NCBI GenBank assembly: GCA_965207885.1
Contig: OZ242311.1
Coordinates: forward strand, 2,464,001-2,528,000
DNA length: 64,000 nucleotides
Source of the DNA: Candidatus Latescibacterota bacterium
Lineage (GTDB): Bacteria > Latescibacterota > UBA2968
Reading direction: 5' to 3'
Below are positions 17,905 to 28,914 of the stretch, one piece after another (position 1 is the first letter of the stretch; each line of letters opens with the position of its first letter). The notes beneath the pieces were generated by a model. The model had not been told where the DNA came from. It ran no database searches and saw nothing but the letters and a program-made list of their open reading frames with translations. Position numbers and translations under genes: made by a program.

Positions 17905-18402
17905 GTGAAATTAGAAACCGATGAAGCCGTTGAAAAAGCCAAGGCGTATGCCCTGCGCTTGCTGAGCAATAGGGCTTATACAAAAAAAGAGATTTGCGAC
18001 AAACTCGCTGGACGGGGTTATGAGCAAGACGCGATTGAACAGACCCTCTCGATGCTCGATCGTCTCAATTTAATTGATGATGTGTTGTTTGCGCGTCAAT
18101 TTGTCGAGCAACGGTTGCGATTGCGGCCTTCTGGACGGGTGGCACTTGTGCGCGATCTTGTGCATCGGGGTGTTCCGACTGAGATAATCAATCGCGTTGT
18201 GGACGATGTTTTGGCAGATGTTGATATTGAAGATGTCGCACTCAATTTGTTGATGGGCAGGGCAAATCGCTACCGGGGATTATCTCGTGAGAAAGCGCTC
18301 GGGCGGATGTACGGTTTTTTGGGGCGCAGGGGATTTGAGGTTTCGGTTGCGCGAGATGTCGCTCAAAAAGTGTGGTCTAAAATAGAAAATGAAGAGGTTT
18401 GA
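17905..18402 (+). CDS. recX: Regulatory protein RecX
   Basis: ALRLLSNRAYTKKEI, LIDDVLFA, FLGRRGF; position after recA and before alaS. Confidence 0.9.
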   Translation: MKLETDEAVEKAKAYALRLLSNRAYTKKEICDKLAGRGYEQDAIEQTLSMLDRLNLIDDVLFARQFVEQRLRLRPSGRVALVRDLVHRGVPTEIINRVVDDVLADVDIEDVALNLLMGRANRYRGLSREKALGRMYGFLGRRGFEVSVARDVAQKVWSKIENEEV

Positions 18403-18409
18403 ATAAAAG

Positions 18410-21025
18410 ATGAAGACTGCTGTACAAATTCGTGAAGAGTTTCAGGCATTTTTTGAATCCAAAGGCCATACGCGGGTTCAAAGTGCTCCTCTATTGCCGC
18501 AAGACGATCCCACCCTGTTGTTTACCAATGCGGGTATGAATCAGTTTAAGGATGTGTTTTTGGGCACCGGGCGTCGGCCTTATTCACGGGCAGTTGATAC
18601 GCAGAAGTGTTTGCGGGTTTCGGGCAAGCACAACGATCTGGAGGAAGTGGGATTCAGTCCCAACCATCACACGTTTTTTGAGATGTTGGGCAACTGGTCT
18701 TTTGGCGACTACTTTAAAGAAGAAGCCATAGCATGGGCGTGGGAGTTGCTCACAGATGTGTGGCAGTTGCCAAAAGATCGCATGTGGGCAACGGTGTTTG
18801 GCGGCGACGAAAAGGATGGCCTGGAGGCCGATGTAGAGGCTGAAAAACTCTGGACGCGTGTGACGGATTTGCCCGCCAATCGCGTGTTGCGTCTGGGCAA
18901 GAAAGATAATTTCTGGGAGATGGGGAGTACTGGTCCTTGTGGCCCGTGTTCTGAGATACACTTTTATCTCGGCGATGACCCGACTCAACAGGATGCCGTG
19001 CCGGATGTAGATGCTGAGGATTATGTCGAAATCTGGAATCTGGTTTTTATTCAGTACAATCGCGGTGCCGATGGCATATTGCAGCCTTTGCCAGATCAGC
19101 ACGTGGATACGGGGATGGGGTTTGAGCGGATTTGTTCGATTTTGCAGGGTGTACAAACCACTTATGATACGGATGTGTTTGTGCCAATTATTGGGGCGAT
19201 CAGTGAGATTACCCGAAAGCCCTATAATAAAGACCATCAGGTACCCATGCGCGTGATTGCCGATCATGTGCGTACACTCTCATTTGCAATCGCAGATGGG
19301 GTGCTGCCGTCCAATGAAGGGCGAGGCTATGTTTTGCGGCGGATTTTGCGCCGCGCCGCGCGGTTTGGACGTTCGCTGGGGATGCATGAGCCGTTTATTT
19401 TTCGACTGGTAGAGACAGTTGTCAGTGAAATGGGTGTTGTTTTTCCCGAGGTGGCAGAAAAACGCGATCATATTACGCGGGTGATTCGGTCTGAGGAAGA
19501 GGGATTTGGCAAAACACTGGATCGCGGGCTGGAAATTTTCGACGCGATGCAGGCGAAAGGGCGTATTTCAGGGGCAGATGCTTTCCAGTTGTACGATACC
19601 TATGGCTTTCCCATTGATTTGACGCGGTTGATGGCAGCCGAAAAAGGCGTTGAGGTGGATGAGGAGGGCTTTGAAGCGCAGATGGCAGCGCAACAGGAGA
19701 GGTCTCGTTTGGCGGCTTCTTTTACAGCAGGAGTTCCAGAATTTAATGCCGAACTATCTATAGAACATTCGGAATTTGTGGGATACGAAACACTTGTATC
19801 CGATTCGCGCATTGTCGCCTGTCAACCCGCACAGGATGAGATGCTGGATCTCTATCTGGATATAACGCCATTTTATGCCGAGTCTGGCGGGCAGGTTGGG
19901 GATAAGGGTGAACTTGTAGGCGAAGGTGTGCGCTTTAAGGTAGCGACTACATTTAAGGCGGGAGAAGCAATTGTTCATCGCGGTCGTCTGTGCAATGGGC
20001 AGGCCGAAGGGCTGGTGGGGATGGATGTGAAGGCGCATGTCGATGCTGAAACCCGTTTGAATACAGCGCGCAATCACACGGCCACGCATCTGATGCATCG
20101 CGCTTTGCGGCAGGTATTGGGCGACCATGTACACCAGGCTGGCTCGCTGGTTGCCCCGGATAGGTTGCGCTTTGATTTTACGCATTTTGAAGGCGTAACA
20201 CCTGCGCAATTAGACGATATTGTGGGCATTGTCAATGACGCGGTCAGGCGGGATTGGGCTGTTGATATTTCTTTTGATACGTTGGATCGCGCCGTGGAAA
20301 TGGGTGCGATGATGTTGTTTAGCGAAAAATATGGCGATGAGGTGCGCATGGTGCAGGTGGGGGATTTTAGTCTGGAGTTGTGCGGTGGCACGCATGTGCA
20401 AAGCACCGGGCAAATTGGGCTGTTTCAGCTCACGCAAGAGACGGGTACTGCAGCCGGTGTGCGGCGCATTGAGGCGGTCACCGGGCCGGGTGCAGAAGCC
20501 ATCGTGCGCGAGCAAAAGGAAATTTTGGCCGATCTCTCGTCGCAACTGAGTGCGTCAACATCGGAATTGTCGGATAAGGTCGCGCACCTGCTTGCGCACA
20601 ATCGCGAACTCGAGCGCGAGTTGCAGAGCTTGCGGCGGGAGCAGACCGGTTCAGAGATGGATATGCTGGTGAGCAGTGCTCTGAATGTAAATGGTGTGCG
20701 CGTTGTGGCCGCGGAGGTCTCGCCGCCCGATATGGAAGGGTTTCGCACAATGGGTGACGGTTTGCGCGATGCCTTGGGTACAGAGGGCGTTGGCGTGATT
20801 GGCGCGAATTTAAATGGCAAGGCATCGCTTCTCGCTGTGGTGACGGACGATCTGATCGGTCAGGGTGTGCAGGCTGGCAATGTTGTCAAAGCCATCGCAC
20901 AGATTGTGGGTGGTGGTGGCGGTGGTCGCCCCCATCTGGCGCAGGCCGGTGGCAAGTTTCCCGAAAAGATCGGAGAGGCTCTGGCACGAGTGCCCGACAT
21001 CATTCGGGCACAGGTGGGAGGGTAA
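18410..21025 (+). CDS. alaS: Alanine--tRNA ligase
   Basis: LLFTNAGMNQFK, HHTFFEMLGNWSFGDYFK, ELCGGTH, GGGGGRP. Confidence 0.98.
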   Translation: MKTAVQIREEFQAFFESKGHTRVQSAPLLPQDDPTLLFTNAGMNQFKDVFLGTGRRPYSRAVDTQKCLRVSGKHNDLEEVGFSPNHHTFFEMLGNWSFGDYFKEEAIAWAWELLTDVWQLPKDRMWATVFGGDEKDGLEADVEAEKLWTRVTDLPANRVLRLGKKDNFWEMGSTGPCGPCSEIHFYLGDDPTQQDAVPDVDAEDYVEIWNLVFIQYNRGADGILQPLPDQHVDTGMGFERICSILQGVQTTYDTDVFVPIIGAISEITRKPYNKDHQVPMRVIADHVRTLSFAIADGVLPSNEGRGYVLRRILRRAARFGRSLGMHEPFIFRLVETVVSEMGVVFPEVAEKRDHITRVIRSEEEGFGKTLDRGLEIFDAMQAKGRISGADAFQLYDTYGFPIDLTRLMAAEKGVEVDEEGFEAQMAAQQERSRLAASFTAGVPEFNAELSIEHSEFVGYETLVSDSRIVACQPAQDEMLDLYLDITPFYAESGGQVGDKGELVGEGVRFKVATTFKAGEAIVHRGRLCNGQAEGLVGMDVKAHVDAETRLNTARNHTATHLMHRALRQVLGDHVHQAGSLVAPDRLRFDFTHFEGVTPAQLDDIVGIVNDAVRRDWAVDISFDTLDRAVEMGAMMLFSEKYGDEVRMVQVGDFSLELCGGTHVQSTGQIGLFQLTQETGTAAGVRRIEAVTGPGAEAIVREQKEILADLSSQLSASTSELSDKVAHLLAHNRELERELQSLRREQTGSEMDMLVSSALNVNGVRVVAAEVSPPDMEGFRTMGDGLRDALGTEGVGVIGANLNGKASLLAVVTDDLIGQGVQAGNVVKAIAQIVGGGGGGRPHLAQAGGKFPEKIGEALARVPDIIRAQVGG

Positions 21026-21033
21026 GTGCCTCA

Positions 21034-21783
21034 ATGTCGATATTCGAACAGTTGGTGGCTATTCGCAATCGCCGCGGGGCGGGGTTTTTGCCCTATCTGG
21101 ATCCCGACAGGCTCGACAAGAAAGATCTGGGGCGCACGGCCTCTCTTTGTGAAGCGCAGGGAGCAGACGCCATTTTGATTGGCGGCAGTTTTTTGTTATC
21201 CACCAATTTTGATCGCATGGTGAGCGAGGTTGTACGCGCTGTAGATATTCCGGTGATTATATTTCCCGGCGATACCAACCAGATCTCAGCGGCTGCCGAT
21301 GCGATTATGTTTTTGTCGCTTATCAGTGGTCGCAATCCCGAATTGCTGATCGGGCAACACGTCAAGGCTGCGCCAATTTTGAAAGCACACGGCTTAGAGG
21401 CCATTGCAACCGGCTACGCGCTCGTGGATACAGGGCAGCTCACCACAGCCGAATATGTGAGCAACACACGTCCCTTGCCGCGCGACAAACCCGAGATTGC
21501 AATGGCGCACGCTCTTGCCGCTGAGTATTTGGGTATGCAATGCGTGTATTTGGATGCCGGTAGCGGGCCAGAGTTGATGGTACCCGAAGAAATAGTACAG
21601 GCAGTCTGTAGTTATGTGTCGATCCCAATAATTGTCGGTGGTGGTATTCGCGATCCCAAAGCTGCGGCAGAACGGGTCGCATTGGGTGCATCTTTTGTGG
21701 TGGTTGGTAGCATTTTTGAAGAAACGGGCTGGGATGCCGCGCTGATTGGCGCGTTTGCTTCTGCCATTCACTGTCTCGACTGA
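21034..21783 (+). CDS. Geranylgeranylglyceryl phosphate synthase family protein (group II type)
   Basis: DAILIGGS, FLSLISGRNPELLIGQHV, YLDAGSG, IIVGGGIR. Confidence 0.88.
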   Translation: MSIFEQLVAIRNRRGAGFLPYLDPDRLDKKDLGRTASLCEAQGADAILIGGSFLLSTNFDRMVSEVVRAVDIPVIIFPGDTNQISAAADAIMFLSLISGRNPELLIGQHVKAAPILKAHGLEAIATGYALVDTGQLTTAEYVSNTRPLPRDKPEIAMAHALAAEYLGMQCVYLDAGSGPELMVPEEIVQAVCSYVSIPIIVGGGIRDPKAAAERVALGASFVVVGSIFEETGWDAALIGAFASAIHCLD

Positions 21784-21855
21784 GTCCATTTTTTTGACAA
21801 TTGGGGATGGTCGTTACCGTCTTTGCGGACGGTTTTTTTATGTGAGCGTATTGTT

Positions 21856-22746
21856 ATGTCTATTTCTTCTGGCGCAGTGTTGTGTTACGGTGTACTGGGT
21901 ATTGATCAAATCGTGCAAGTGGCCTGGTTTCCCGAGCGCAATGGACACACGCGCGCGTTTCGAGACGAGGAATTTGCTGGTGGAGAAGCGACCAATACGG
22001 CGGTGACGTTGAGCGGATTGGGAGTTGACGTGCGGTTGATGGGGTGTGCATTGGGAGACGATCGCAGGGGTGCACTTTTTTTGCGCACGATGCGTCAATT
22101 TGACGTGGATATTCGCAGGCTCGATATAGATCCCAGCGTTCGCACCGGGCATGCCGTTATCCTGTCTGATGTCAACGGTGGACGAACAATTTGTGGACAT
22201 TTCCCCGATGTGCGCAGCAGGCCGCTAACTGAGGCGGACCTCGATGGTGTCACCCTGTTGTCGGTCGATCCCTTTTTGGGTGAAAATGCAATCCGGGCAG
22301 CTCAAATTGCACGAGAGCATGATATAACTGTGTTTGCTATTGAACTGTCCCCCGATCATCCGCTTGCAAAATTCTGTGATGTGGTGATCAATTCTGACGG
22401 TTTTATGCGCCGACACAGAATGGGTATGCCCTCGGATGTGGCGGTTGGGCTTTTAAAGGCCGGTATAGAAACTGTGGTGATTACCAGGGGAAAACAGGGC
22501 TGTCAGGTTTTTCAGGAAAATGGCAATAGTTTTGAACAGCCCGCATACCAGGTCACTGCGCGCGATACAACAGGAGCGGGAGACGCATTTCGAGCCGGTC
22601 TTATTTACGGATATTTGCAGGGATGGACGCTGACGCGCAGTGTGCAATTTGCCAGCGGAAGCGCGGCATTAACATGTGCCAGGGCTGGTGGTGCAGGCCA
22701 TATTCACGGGGAAGAACAGGTCTTGCAACTGATCGCTGAAGATTGA
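21856..22746 (+). CDS. PfkB family carbohydrate kinase
   Basis: AGGEATNTA and DTTGAGDAFRAG. Confidence 0.9.
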   Translation: MSISSGAVLCYGVLGIDQIVQVAWFPERNGHTRAFRDEEFAGGEATNTAVTLSGLGVDVRLMGCALGDDRRGALFLRTMRQFDVDIRRLDIDPSVRTGHAVILSDVNGGRTICGHFPDVRSRPLTEADLDGVTLLSVDPFLGENAIRAAQIAREHDITVFAIELSPDHPLAKFCDVVINSDGFMRRHRMGMPSDVAVGLLKAGIETVVITRGKQGCQVFQENGNSFEQPAYQVTARDTTGAGDAFRAGLIYGYLQGWTLTRSVQFASGSAALTCARAGGAGHIHGEEQVLQLIAED

Positions 22747-22781
22747 ATTCCAAATGTTTTTGATTATGGGTGATATACACG

Positions 22782-23042
22782 ATGCTGGAACAACGGGCTA
22801 CGGTAAAAAATAAACTGGGCATTCACGCGAGACCTGCGGCTTTGCTGGTACAGGCGGCGGCTAAATTTACTTCTGAAATTACACTGGAAAAAGATGGTCT
22901 GGCAATCAATGGCAAAAGCATTATGGGCGTGATGATGTTGGCGGCGGAAGTGGATTCTGTGATCACGGTGCGGGTTGAAGGTGAAGATGCCTGCACCGCA
23001 CTGGATCATATCGTCGAAATGATTGAATCAAAGTTTGACTGA
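22782..23042 (+). CDS. ptsH: HPr phosphocarrier protein
   Basis: GIHARPA (His15) and NGKSIMGVMML (Ser46). Confidence 0.95.
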   Translation: MLEQRATVKNKLGIHARPAALLVQAAAKFTSEITLEKDGLAINGKSIMGVMMLAAEVDSVITVRVEGEDACTALDHIVEMIESKFD

Positions 23043-23045
23043 GCT

Positions 23046-24830
23046 ATGAAATATCTCAAAGGCATACAGGCGTCTCCGGGCATTGCGATTGCATCGGTGT
23101 ATTTATACGATCCAGAAGAGTTTCCCGTGGATCAACGCCGGATAGATCCTCGCGATATTCCCGCAGAAAAGGCGAGACTACAAGAGGCAATCAAAGCAGT
23201 GTCTGAGGATTTCGCAGCTACGCGGGCGCATGTCGAGGACATACTGGGCAAAGAGCACGCGCAGATATTCGACGCGCATCTGCTCATGTTGCAAGACCCC
23301 ATGCTTCTCGAGCTTACATATCCACACATAGAAAAATATAATGCCGAATACGCTTTCTGGACGACTTTCCAGAATTTGAGTCGTCAATTTGAAGCGTTTC
23401 AAGATGATTATTTGAGAGAACGCGGTGCCGATTTATTGGGCATTGCAAAGCGGGTGTTAGCCAAATTGGGGAATTGGGAAAAAGCGGGATTAGACCGATT
23501 GCCCGACAAATCGATTGTCGTTGCGCGCGATTTAATGCCCGACGATATGGCACACTTGCAACCCGACCGGGTTTTGGGGCTTGTAACAGAGGTCGGTGGT
23601 CCCACGTCTCACGCAATTATTCTGGCGCGTGGATTAGAGATCCCAGCTGTTGTCAGTGTTGCCAATGCGCTATCTGATGCGCGTATTGGCGATGTGGCAA
23701 TAGTAGATGGTCGCCGCGGACATTTTATTCTCAACCCGGATGATAAAACACTCGCGCAGTATCGGGATCTGGCTGAAAAACTGAGAAGGCGAAAAGCCGG
23801 GTTGGTCGATTCCCGAGATTTGCCCGCCCAGACTGAGGACGGTGTTCGGGTCGCGTTGCAGGCCAATGTGGAATTGCCCAGCGAGGTGCATTCTGCGATG
23901 GACTACGGCGCTGAGGGCGTCGGGTTGTATCGCACGGAATATCTCTATCTCGCCAGCGATATTTTGCCCGATGAGGCCTCGCAGGTTACCGCATATTCGC
24001 AAATGGCCAGGCGCATTGCGCCACACCCCCTCGTGATTCGCACCCTGGATTTGGGGGGGGATAAAATGTCGCATGTGCTCAATACACAGACAGAAATGAA
24101 TCCCTTTTTGGGGTTGCGTTCCATCCGGCTGACGCTGAGACACCGCGATCTTTTTAAAATACAGCTTCGGGCGATCTTAAAAGCGAGCGCCGTTGGCAAT
24201 GTGAAGTTGATGTTGCCCCTGATTTCGGGGATCGACGAATTGCGCGAAGCTCTTGCTGTACTCAATGAGGTGCGCGAAGAATTGACGCGAGAAGGCGTAC
24301 CTTTTGATCCTCAGTGTCCTGTTGGGGTCATGATCGAAGTCCCTTCTGCTGCGCTGATAGCCGATCAATTGGCGCGGGAAGTCGATTTTTTCAGCATTGG
24401 CACCAATGACCTGATCCAGTACACGCTTGCTGTTGATCGCGGTAATGATCTCGTCTCGTATTTATTTGAGCCGTTTCACCCTGCGGTCTTGCGATTGATC
24501 AAGGGCGTGGTTGATGCAGCGCATGCGGAAAATATACCGGTGACTGTTTGCGGTGAGATTGCGGGAGATCCGCATTCTGGATTGTTGCTAGTGGGCATGG
24601 GGGTTGATAAGCTGTCGATGACGCCTTCGGCATTGCCCGAGGTCAAACGCGCAATTCGCAATACATCCTTTAAGCAGCTTCAGGCACTTGGCGAAGATGT
24701 GCTCAATATGCAGGAGATCGCAAATATTCGGGCGCGCGTAAACGCCACTTTATCCGATGAGGATGACGAGACGTTCGTTGGCGGGGAAAGTGGTGAGACG
24801 ACACTACAAATGAGATTGTCATTGTTCTGA
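23046..24830 (+). CDS. ptsI: PEP-protein phosphotransferase (Enzyme I)
   Basis: GGPTSHAIILAR, GLYRTE, FSIGTNDLIQY. Confidence 0.96.
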   Translation: MKYLKGIQASPGIAIASVYLYDPEEFPVDQRRIDPRDIPAEKARLQEAIKAVSEDFAATRAHVEDILGKEHAQIFDAHLLMLQDPMLLELTYPHIEKYNAEYAFWTTFQNLSRQFEAFQDDYLRERGADLLGIAKRVLAKLGNWEKAGLDRLPDKSIVVARDLMPDDMAHLQPDRVLGLVTEVGGPTSHAIILARGLEIPAVVSVANALSDARIGDVAIVDGRRGHFILNPDDKTLAQYRDLAEKLRRRKAGLVDSRDLPAQTEDGVRVALQANVELPSEVHSAMDYGAEGVGLYRTEYLYLASDILPDEASQVTAYSQMARRIAPHPLVIRTLDLGGDKMSHVLNTQTEMNPFLGLRSIRLTLRHRDLFKIQLRAILKASAVGNVKLMLPLISGIDELREALAVLNEVREELTREGVPFDPQCPVGVMIEVPSAALIADQLAREVDFFSIGTNDLIQYTLAVDRGNDLVSYLFEPFHPAVLRLIKGVVDAAHAENIPVTVCGEIAGDPHSGLLLVGMGVDKLSMTPSALPEVKRAIRNTSFKQLQALGEDVLNMQEIANIRARVNATLSDEDDETFVGGESGETTLQMRLSLF

Positions 24831-24851
24831 TTTTTTATAGGAGTGGGCTTT

Positions 24852-26006
24852 ATGGGCCGTTTGTTTACGTCGGAATCAGTTTCTGAAGGGCATCCAGATA
24901 AGGTGGCGGATCAAATTTCGGATGCGGTGCTCGATGCCATGTTGAAGCAAGATCCCAAATCCAGGGTGGCTTGTGAAACGCTGGTGACAACCGGGCTTGT
25001 GGTAGTCGCAGGGGAAGTGACGAGCGAGGCTACCGTGGATCTTCAGTCGCTGGTGCGCGGCGTGATTAAAGATATTGGCTATACGGATTCGAGCTATGGA
25101 TTTGATTACAAAAGTTGTGAGATACTGGTGAAATTAGATCCCCAATCGCCCAATATTTCGCAGGGGGTAACGGAGGGAGAGGGATTGCACAAAGAGCCGG
25201 GGGCGGGCGATCAGGGGATGATGTTTGGATATGCGTGTCGAGAAACACCAGAATTGATGCCGTTGCCCATTATCCTGTCTCACAAATTGGTAGCAGAACT
25301 CGCGCAAATTCGGAAAGATAAAGGGCTTTCGTATTTGCGTCCCGATAGCAAATCGCAGGTGACAGTGGAATACGATGGGGACGAGCCGGTTCGCGTTCAC
25401 ACGGTGGTGGTTTCGACACAGCACGATGAAGACGTATCGCACGAGCAGATTGTAAAGGATGTGAAAGAGAAGGTGATCCGCGAGGTGGTGCCCACGCATC
25501 TTTTGGATGGGGATACGATTTATCACGTCAACCCAACCGGAGAATTTGTGGTGGGTGGGCCATATGGCGATTGCGGATTGACCGGGCGAAAAATTATTGT
25601 GGATACGTACGGTGGGATGGGGCGTCACGGCGGCGGGGCGTTTTCCGGCAAAGATCCGACCAAGGTGGATCGCAGCGGGCATTATGCGGCGCGCTGGGTC
25701 GCTAAAAATGTCGTTGCAGCGGGCCTCGCGTCTCAATGCGAAGTGCAACTGGCTTACGCTATTGGGGTGGCAAAACCCGTTTCGGTCGCCGTAGATACGT
25801 TTGGCACGGGCAAGATTGAGGAATCAAAGATCGTTGATCTGATTGACGATCACTTTGATCTGACGCCCTCTGGCATTATTGCAGCACTCGATTTGACCAG
25901 GCCTGTGTATCGTTCTACAGCCGCTTATGGTCATTTTGGACGCGGAGAATTTACATGGGAGCAGACGGGTAAAGCCAGTGTGATAAAAAAAGCCGCGGGG
26001 CTGTAA
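24852..26006 (+). CDS. metK: Methionine adenosyltransferase
   Basis: [28 protein letters not shown]. Confidence 0.98.
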   Translation: MGRLFTSESVSEGHPDKVADQISDAVLDAMLKQDPKSRVACETLVTTGLVVVAGEVTSEATVDLQSLVRGVIKDIGYTDSSYGFDYKSCEILVKLDPQSPNISQGVTEGEGLHKEPGAGDQGMMFGYACRETPELMPLPIILSHKLVAELAQIRKDKGLSYLRPDSKSQVTVEYDGDEPVRVHTVVVSTQHDEDVSHEQIVKDVKEKVIREVVPTHLLDGDTIYHVNPTGEFVVGGPYGDCGLTGRKIIVDTYGGMGRHGGGAFSGKDPTKVDRSGHYAARWVAKNVVAAGLASQCEVQLAYAIGVAKPVSVAVDTFGTGKIEESKIVDLIDDHFDLTPSGIIAALDLTRPVYRSTAAYGHFGRGEFTWEQTGKASVIKKAAGL

Positions 26007-26038
26007 TATTTTCAATATCATCCTGCCAATTCTTTTTT

Positions 26039-26067
26039 AGCGCGGAATTCACTTCCGCGCTTTTTTT
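26039..26067. terminator. Intrinsic terminator between convergent metK and the response regulator gene
   Basis: AGCGCGGAA-TTCAC-TTCCGCGCT followed by a T-run. Confidence 0.8.
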
Positions 26068-26087
26068 ATTTCGCGTAAATAGCGTTC

Positions 26088-27449
26088 TCATCTTTCAAGA
26101 TCGTATTGTTTTATTTTTTTGTGCAAGTTGGTGCGTTCGATGCCCAGGGCATTGGATGCGCGTGTGACATTGCCTTTGTGTCGCTCCAGTGCTTCGGCAA
26201 TGTAGTGCCGCTCAACGGCCTCCCGCACCTGACGAAGTGTTTTTCCCGTGCCGAAATCCGGGAAAGAACCGGGTTGTCTTGGAATGGACATACCATCTAA
26301 AGTGGGCAGGTCTTCGGGGTATATGGTGTCTCCTGAAACCATAATTGAGAGGCGTTCAACCAGATTTTTCAGTTCGCGGATGTTGCCGGGCCAGTCGTAT
26401 TGCAAGAGTAGATCCCGCGCTTCTGCCGATAGTGCTTTGGGTAAAAATCCATTTTCTTCGGCATAGGCGTTGAGGAAGTGTTCGGCCAGCGCGGGGATGT
26501 CTTCGCGGCGCTCCCGCAAGGGCGGCGCTGTCAATGGTATCACATTCAGACGAAAGTAGAGGTCTTCTCGAAATTTGCCCTGTTCGACTTCGGCGTGCAA
26601 GTTTTTGTTTGTCGCAGCGATGACGCGCACATCTACCCGAAAGGTTTTGGCGCCGCCTACCCGTTCAAATTCACCCTGCTCAAGCGCGCGTAAAACCTTG
26701 GCCTGTACCGACAGACTCATGTCGCCGATTTCATCGAGAAATAATGTCCCTCTATCGGCCTGGAGGAATTTGCCATCGCGCGTTTTGACTGCGCCGGTAA
26801 ATGCGCCTCGATCACTTCCAAACAATTCGCTTTCAATGAGTTCTTCGGGAATGGCAGCACAGTTTACTTTAATAAAGGAATTTTTCGCTCTGTGACTCAT
26901 TTTGTGAACAGCGCGGGCAATGAGTTCTTTGCCTGTGCCGCTTTCTCCGAGGATGAGGACGCGCCCATTGGTGGGGGCAACGCGCGCGATCTGGTTGCGA
27001 ATTTCAGTCAGGGCAGGACTTTGCCCCACCATTTCGTAGCGTCCCTCAATTTGTTGCTTGAGGTGGCGATTTTCCGCGGCGAGTTCCCGCGTTTGAAGGG
27101 CGCGAGAAATCGCCAGGAGCACTTTGTCGCGATCGAGCGGTTTTTCCAGGAAATCATAAGCTCCTCGTTTGATGGCGAGAACTGCGTTTTGCACATTGCC
27201 GTGTCCCGAAATCATGATGACTGCCAGATTGGGGCGTACTTCGAGGAGTTTGGGCAACAGGTCAAGTCCGTTGATTTCTGGCATAACAATGTCGAGCAAG
27301 ACCAGGTGAATGCGTTCTTTTTGGAGTATGTCAAGACCCGCTTTTGCCGAGGCACAGGTGAAGACCTGATAGCCTTCACCCGATAGTATCATGTCTAAGG
27401 TTCGACGGATATTTCTTTCGTCGTCAATAATGAGAATATTTTGGTTCAT
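26088..27449 (-). CDS. Sigma54-dependent response regulator (NtrC/NtrX family)
   Basis: Receiver domain, GESGTGKE, GAFTGA, Fis-type HTH. Confidence 0.93.
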   Translation of the reverse strand: MNQNILIIDDERNIRRTLDMILSGEGYQVFTCASAKAGLDILQKERIHLVLLDIVMPEINGLDLLPKLLEVRPNLAVIMISGHGNVQNAVLAIKRGAYDFLEKPLDRDKVLLAISRALQTRELAAENRHLKQQIEGRYEMVGQSPALTEIRNQIARVAPTNGRVLILGESGTGKELIARAVHKMSHRAKNSFIKVNCAAIPEELIESELFGSDRGAFTGAVKTRDGKFLQADRGTLFLDEIGDMSLSVQAKVLRALEQGEFERVGGAKTFRVDVRVIAATNKNLHAEVEQGKFREDLYFRLNVIPLTAPPLRERREDIPALAEHFLNAYAEENGFLPKALSAEARDLLLQYDWPGNIRELKNLVERLSIMVSGDTIYPEDLPTLDGMSIPRQPGSFPDFGTGKTLRQVREAVERHYIAEALERHKGNVTRASNALGIERTNLHKKIKQYDLER

Positions 27450-28888
27450 CGCTGTTCCTCCGGTTGCGCTATGGCTCGGTCGGGAATGGGGAGTTGAAGG
27501 TCGAATTGCGCGCCCCCCATAGGGGCATCTTTGACCGAGATGTGTCCTCCGTGATCTTCAATGATGTTGTGTACTACGGCAAGGCCCAGGCCCATACCGC
27601 TTTCTTTTGTGGAAACATAAGGTTGGAAGATGCGCACGCGGTCTTTTAAGGGCACGCCCGGTCCGCTGTCAATTACGGACAGTGTAGCCGTGTCGTCAGA
27701 CGTGCGCGTGCGTATCTCGATCTGGCCGTTTTTGCCAGAGGCGTCAAGACTATTTTCTATAAGATTAATCAGCACCCGACGCATCTGCTCGGTGTCTAGT
27801 TCGAGCGCGGGCGGATTTTCCTCCAGGTCGAGGTGAATGCGAGCATCCGGGTAGAGGCGAACGACATTGTGTACACACTCATTGAGGTCGCTGGAGGACA
27901 GAGAGAGAGATGGCATGCGGGCAAAGTTGGCAAATTCTTGAACCAGAGATCTGAGATTTTCGACTTCTTCTGTGACGATTTCCGTGCAGTTGGTTACAAA
28001 TTGTTGATACGCGGGATCATTGCCAGAATATTTGTCGCGCATTTGCTGCACGGCAAGTTGAATGGGCGTTAACGGATTTTTTATTTCGTGAGCCAGGCGC
28101 CGAGCAATTTCTCGCCAGGCTGCAATTTGCTCGGCTTCGAGTCGTTTGCGTCTGTTTTCTACAAGGTCTTGCGCCATCTGGTTAAAGGATTCGATGAGTA
28201 AGCCGATCTCGTCATTTCTGCCTTTGGGGATGCGGTATTGCAGGTTGTCGCGTCCCATTTCTCGCGTGCCTTTAAGCAGTGCGTTAAGCGGGCGCGTGAT
28301 CCCAAAGCCAATGCGAACGCCAATCACAGATGCCAGAAGGACAACGCCTGCTGCGGCGACGAGAAAGGCGAGTAGAAATGCAGTGCGCAGATCGCCTTCC
28401 GCCATTTCAATATGTTTGTACGTATGTACGGCATTTTTGACACTGATGAGCGCCTCGAGTGATAGCAGGGCAGTTAGTGCGCGTTGCGAATCGGGAAGTG
28501 CGAGTACCAGTTGAAGCTGGTCGTTTTCTACTTTGGAGACCGCGGGACCTTGCGAAAGGTCTGTGTCAATCTGTTCGAGAGGCGAAACACGCAGGGTTAG
28601 ATTGTCGAGACCGGCATCTGCAAACGCGGCGTGTAAGGCATTGAGGTCGCGGTGAGGCGGTGCAGACAAAAGCTGTCCAATGTCCTGAAGTTGTCGTTTT
28701 TTGGCGTCGTAGTTCTCTTTTGCCAGAGCAAGCGCACTGGTCAGCGCACTGCCCATCTCGAGATTGACGTTGGTCTGAAGGCTCAGCGCCAAAAAGTGTC
28801 GTGCGAGTAGCGCGAGTATGAGCGTGGTGCCCAATGCCAGACCAATCAGGGAGGCGATGATGCGCCAGCGCAAGGGAATAGATCTCAT
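27446..28888 (-). CDS. HAMP sensor histidine kinase (NtrY-like)
   Basis: Two TM helices, HAMP domain, WREIARRLAHEIKNPLTPIQL, GMGLGL. Confidence 0.92.
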   Translation of the reverse strand: MRSIPLRWRIIASLIGLALGTTLILALLARHFLALSLQTNVNLEMGSALTSALALAKENYDAKKRQLQDIGQLLSAPPHRDLNALHAAFADAGLDNLTLRVSPLEQIDTDLSQGPAVSKVENDQLQLVLALPDSQRALTALLSLEALISVKNAVHTYKHIEMAEGDLRTAFLLAFLVAAAGVVLLASVIGVRIGFGITRPLNALLKGTREMGRDNLQYRIPKGRNDEIGLLIESFNQMAQDLVENRRKRLEAEQIAAWREIARRLAHEIKNPLTPIQLAVQQMRDKYSGNDPAYQQFVTNCTEIVTEEVENLRSLVQEFANFARMPSLSLSSSDLNECVHNVVRLYPDARIHLDLEENPPALELDTEQMRRVLINLIENSLDASGKNGQIEIRTRTSDDTATLSVIDSGPGVPLKDRVRIFQPYVSTKESGMGLGLAVVHNIIEDHGGHISVKDAPMGGAQFDLQLPIPDRAIAQPEEQR

Positions 28889-28914
28889 GGTTGTGTCTCC
28901 AGGCAGAATGTTAT

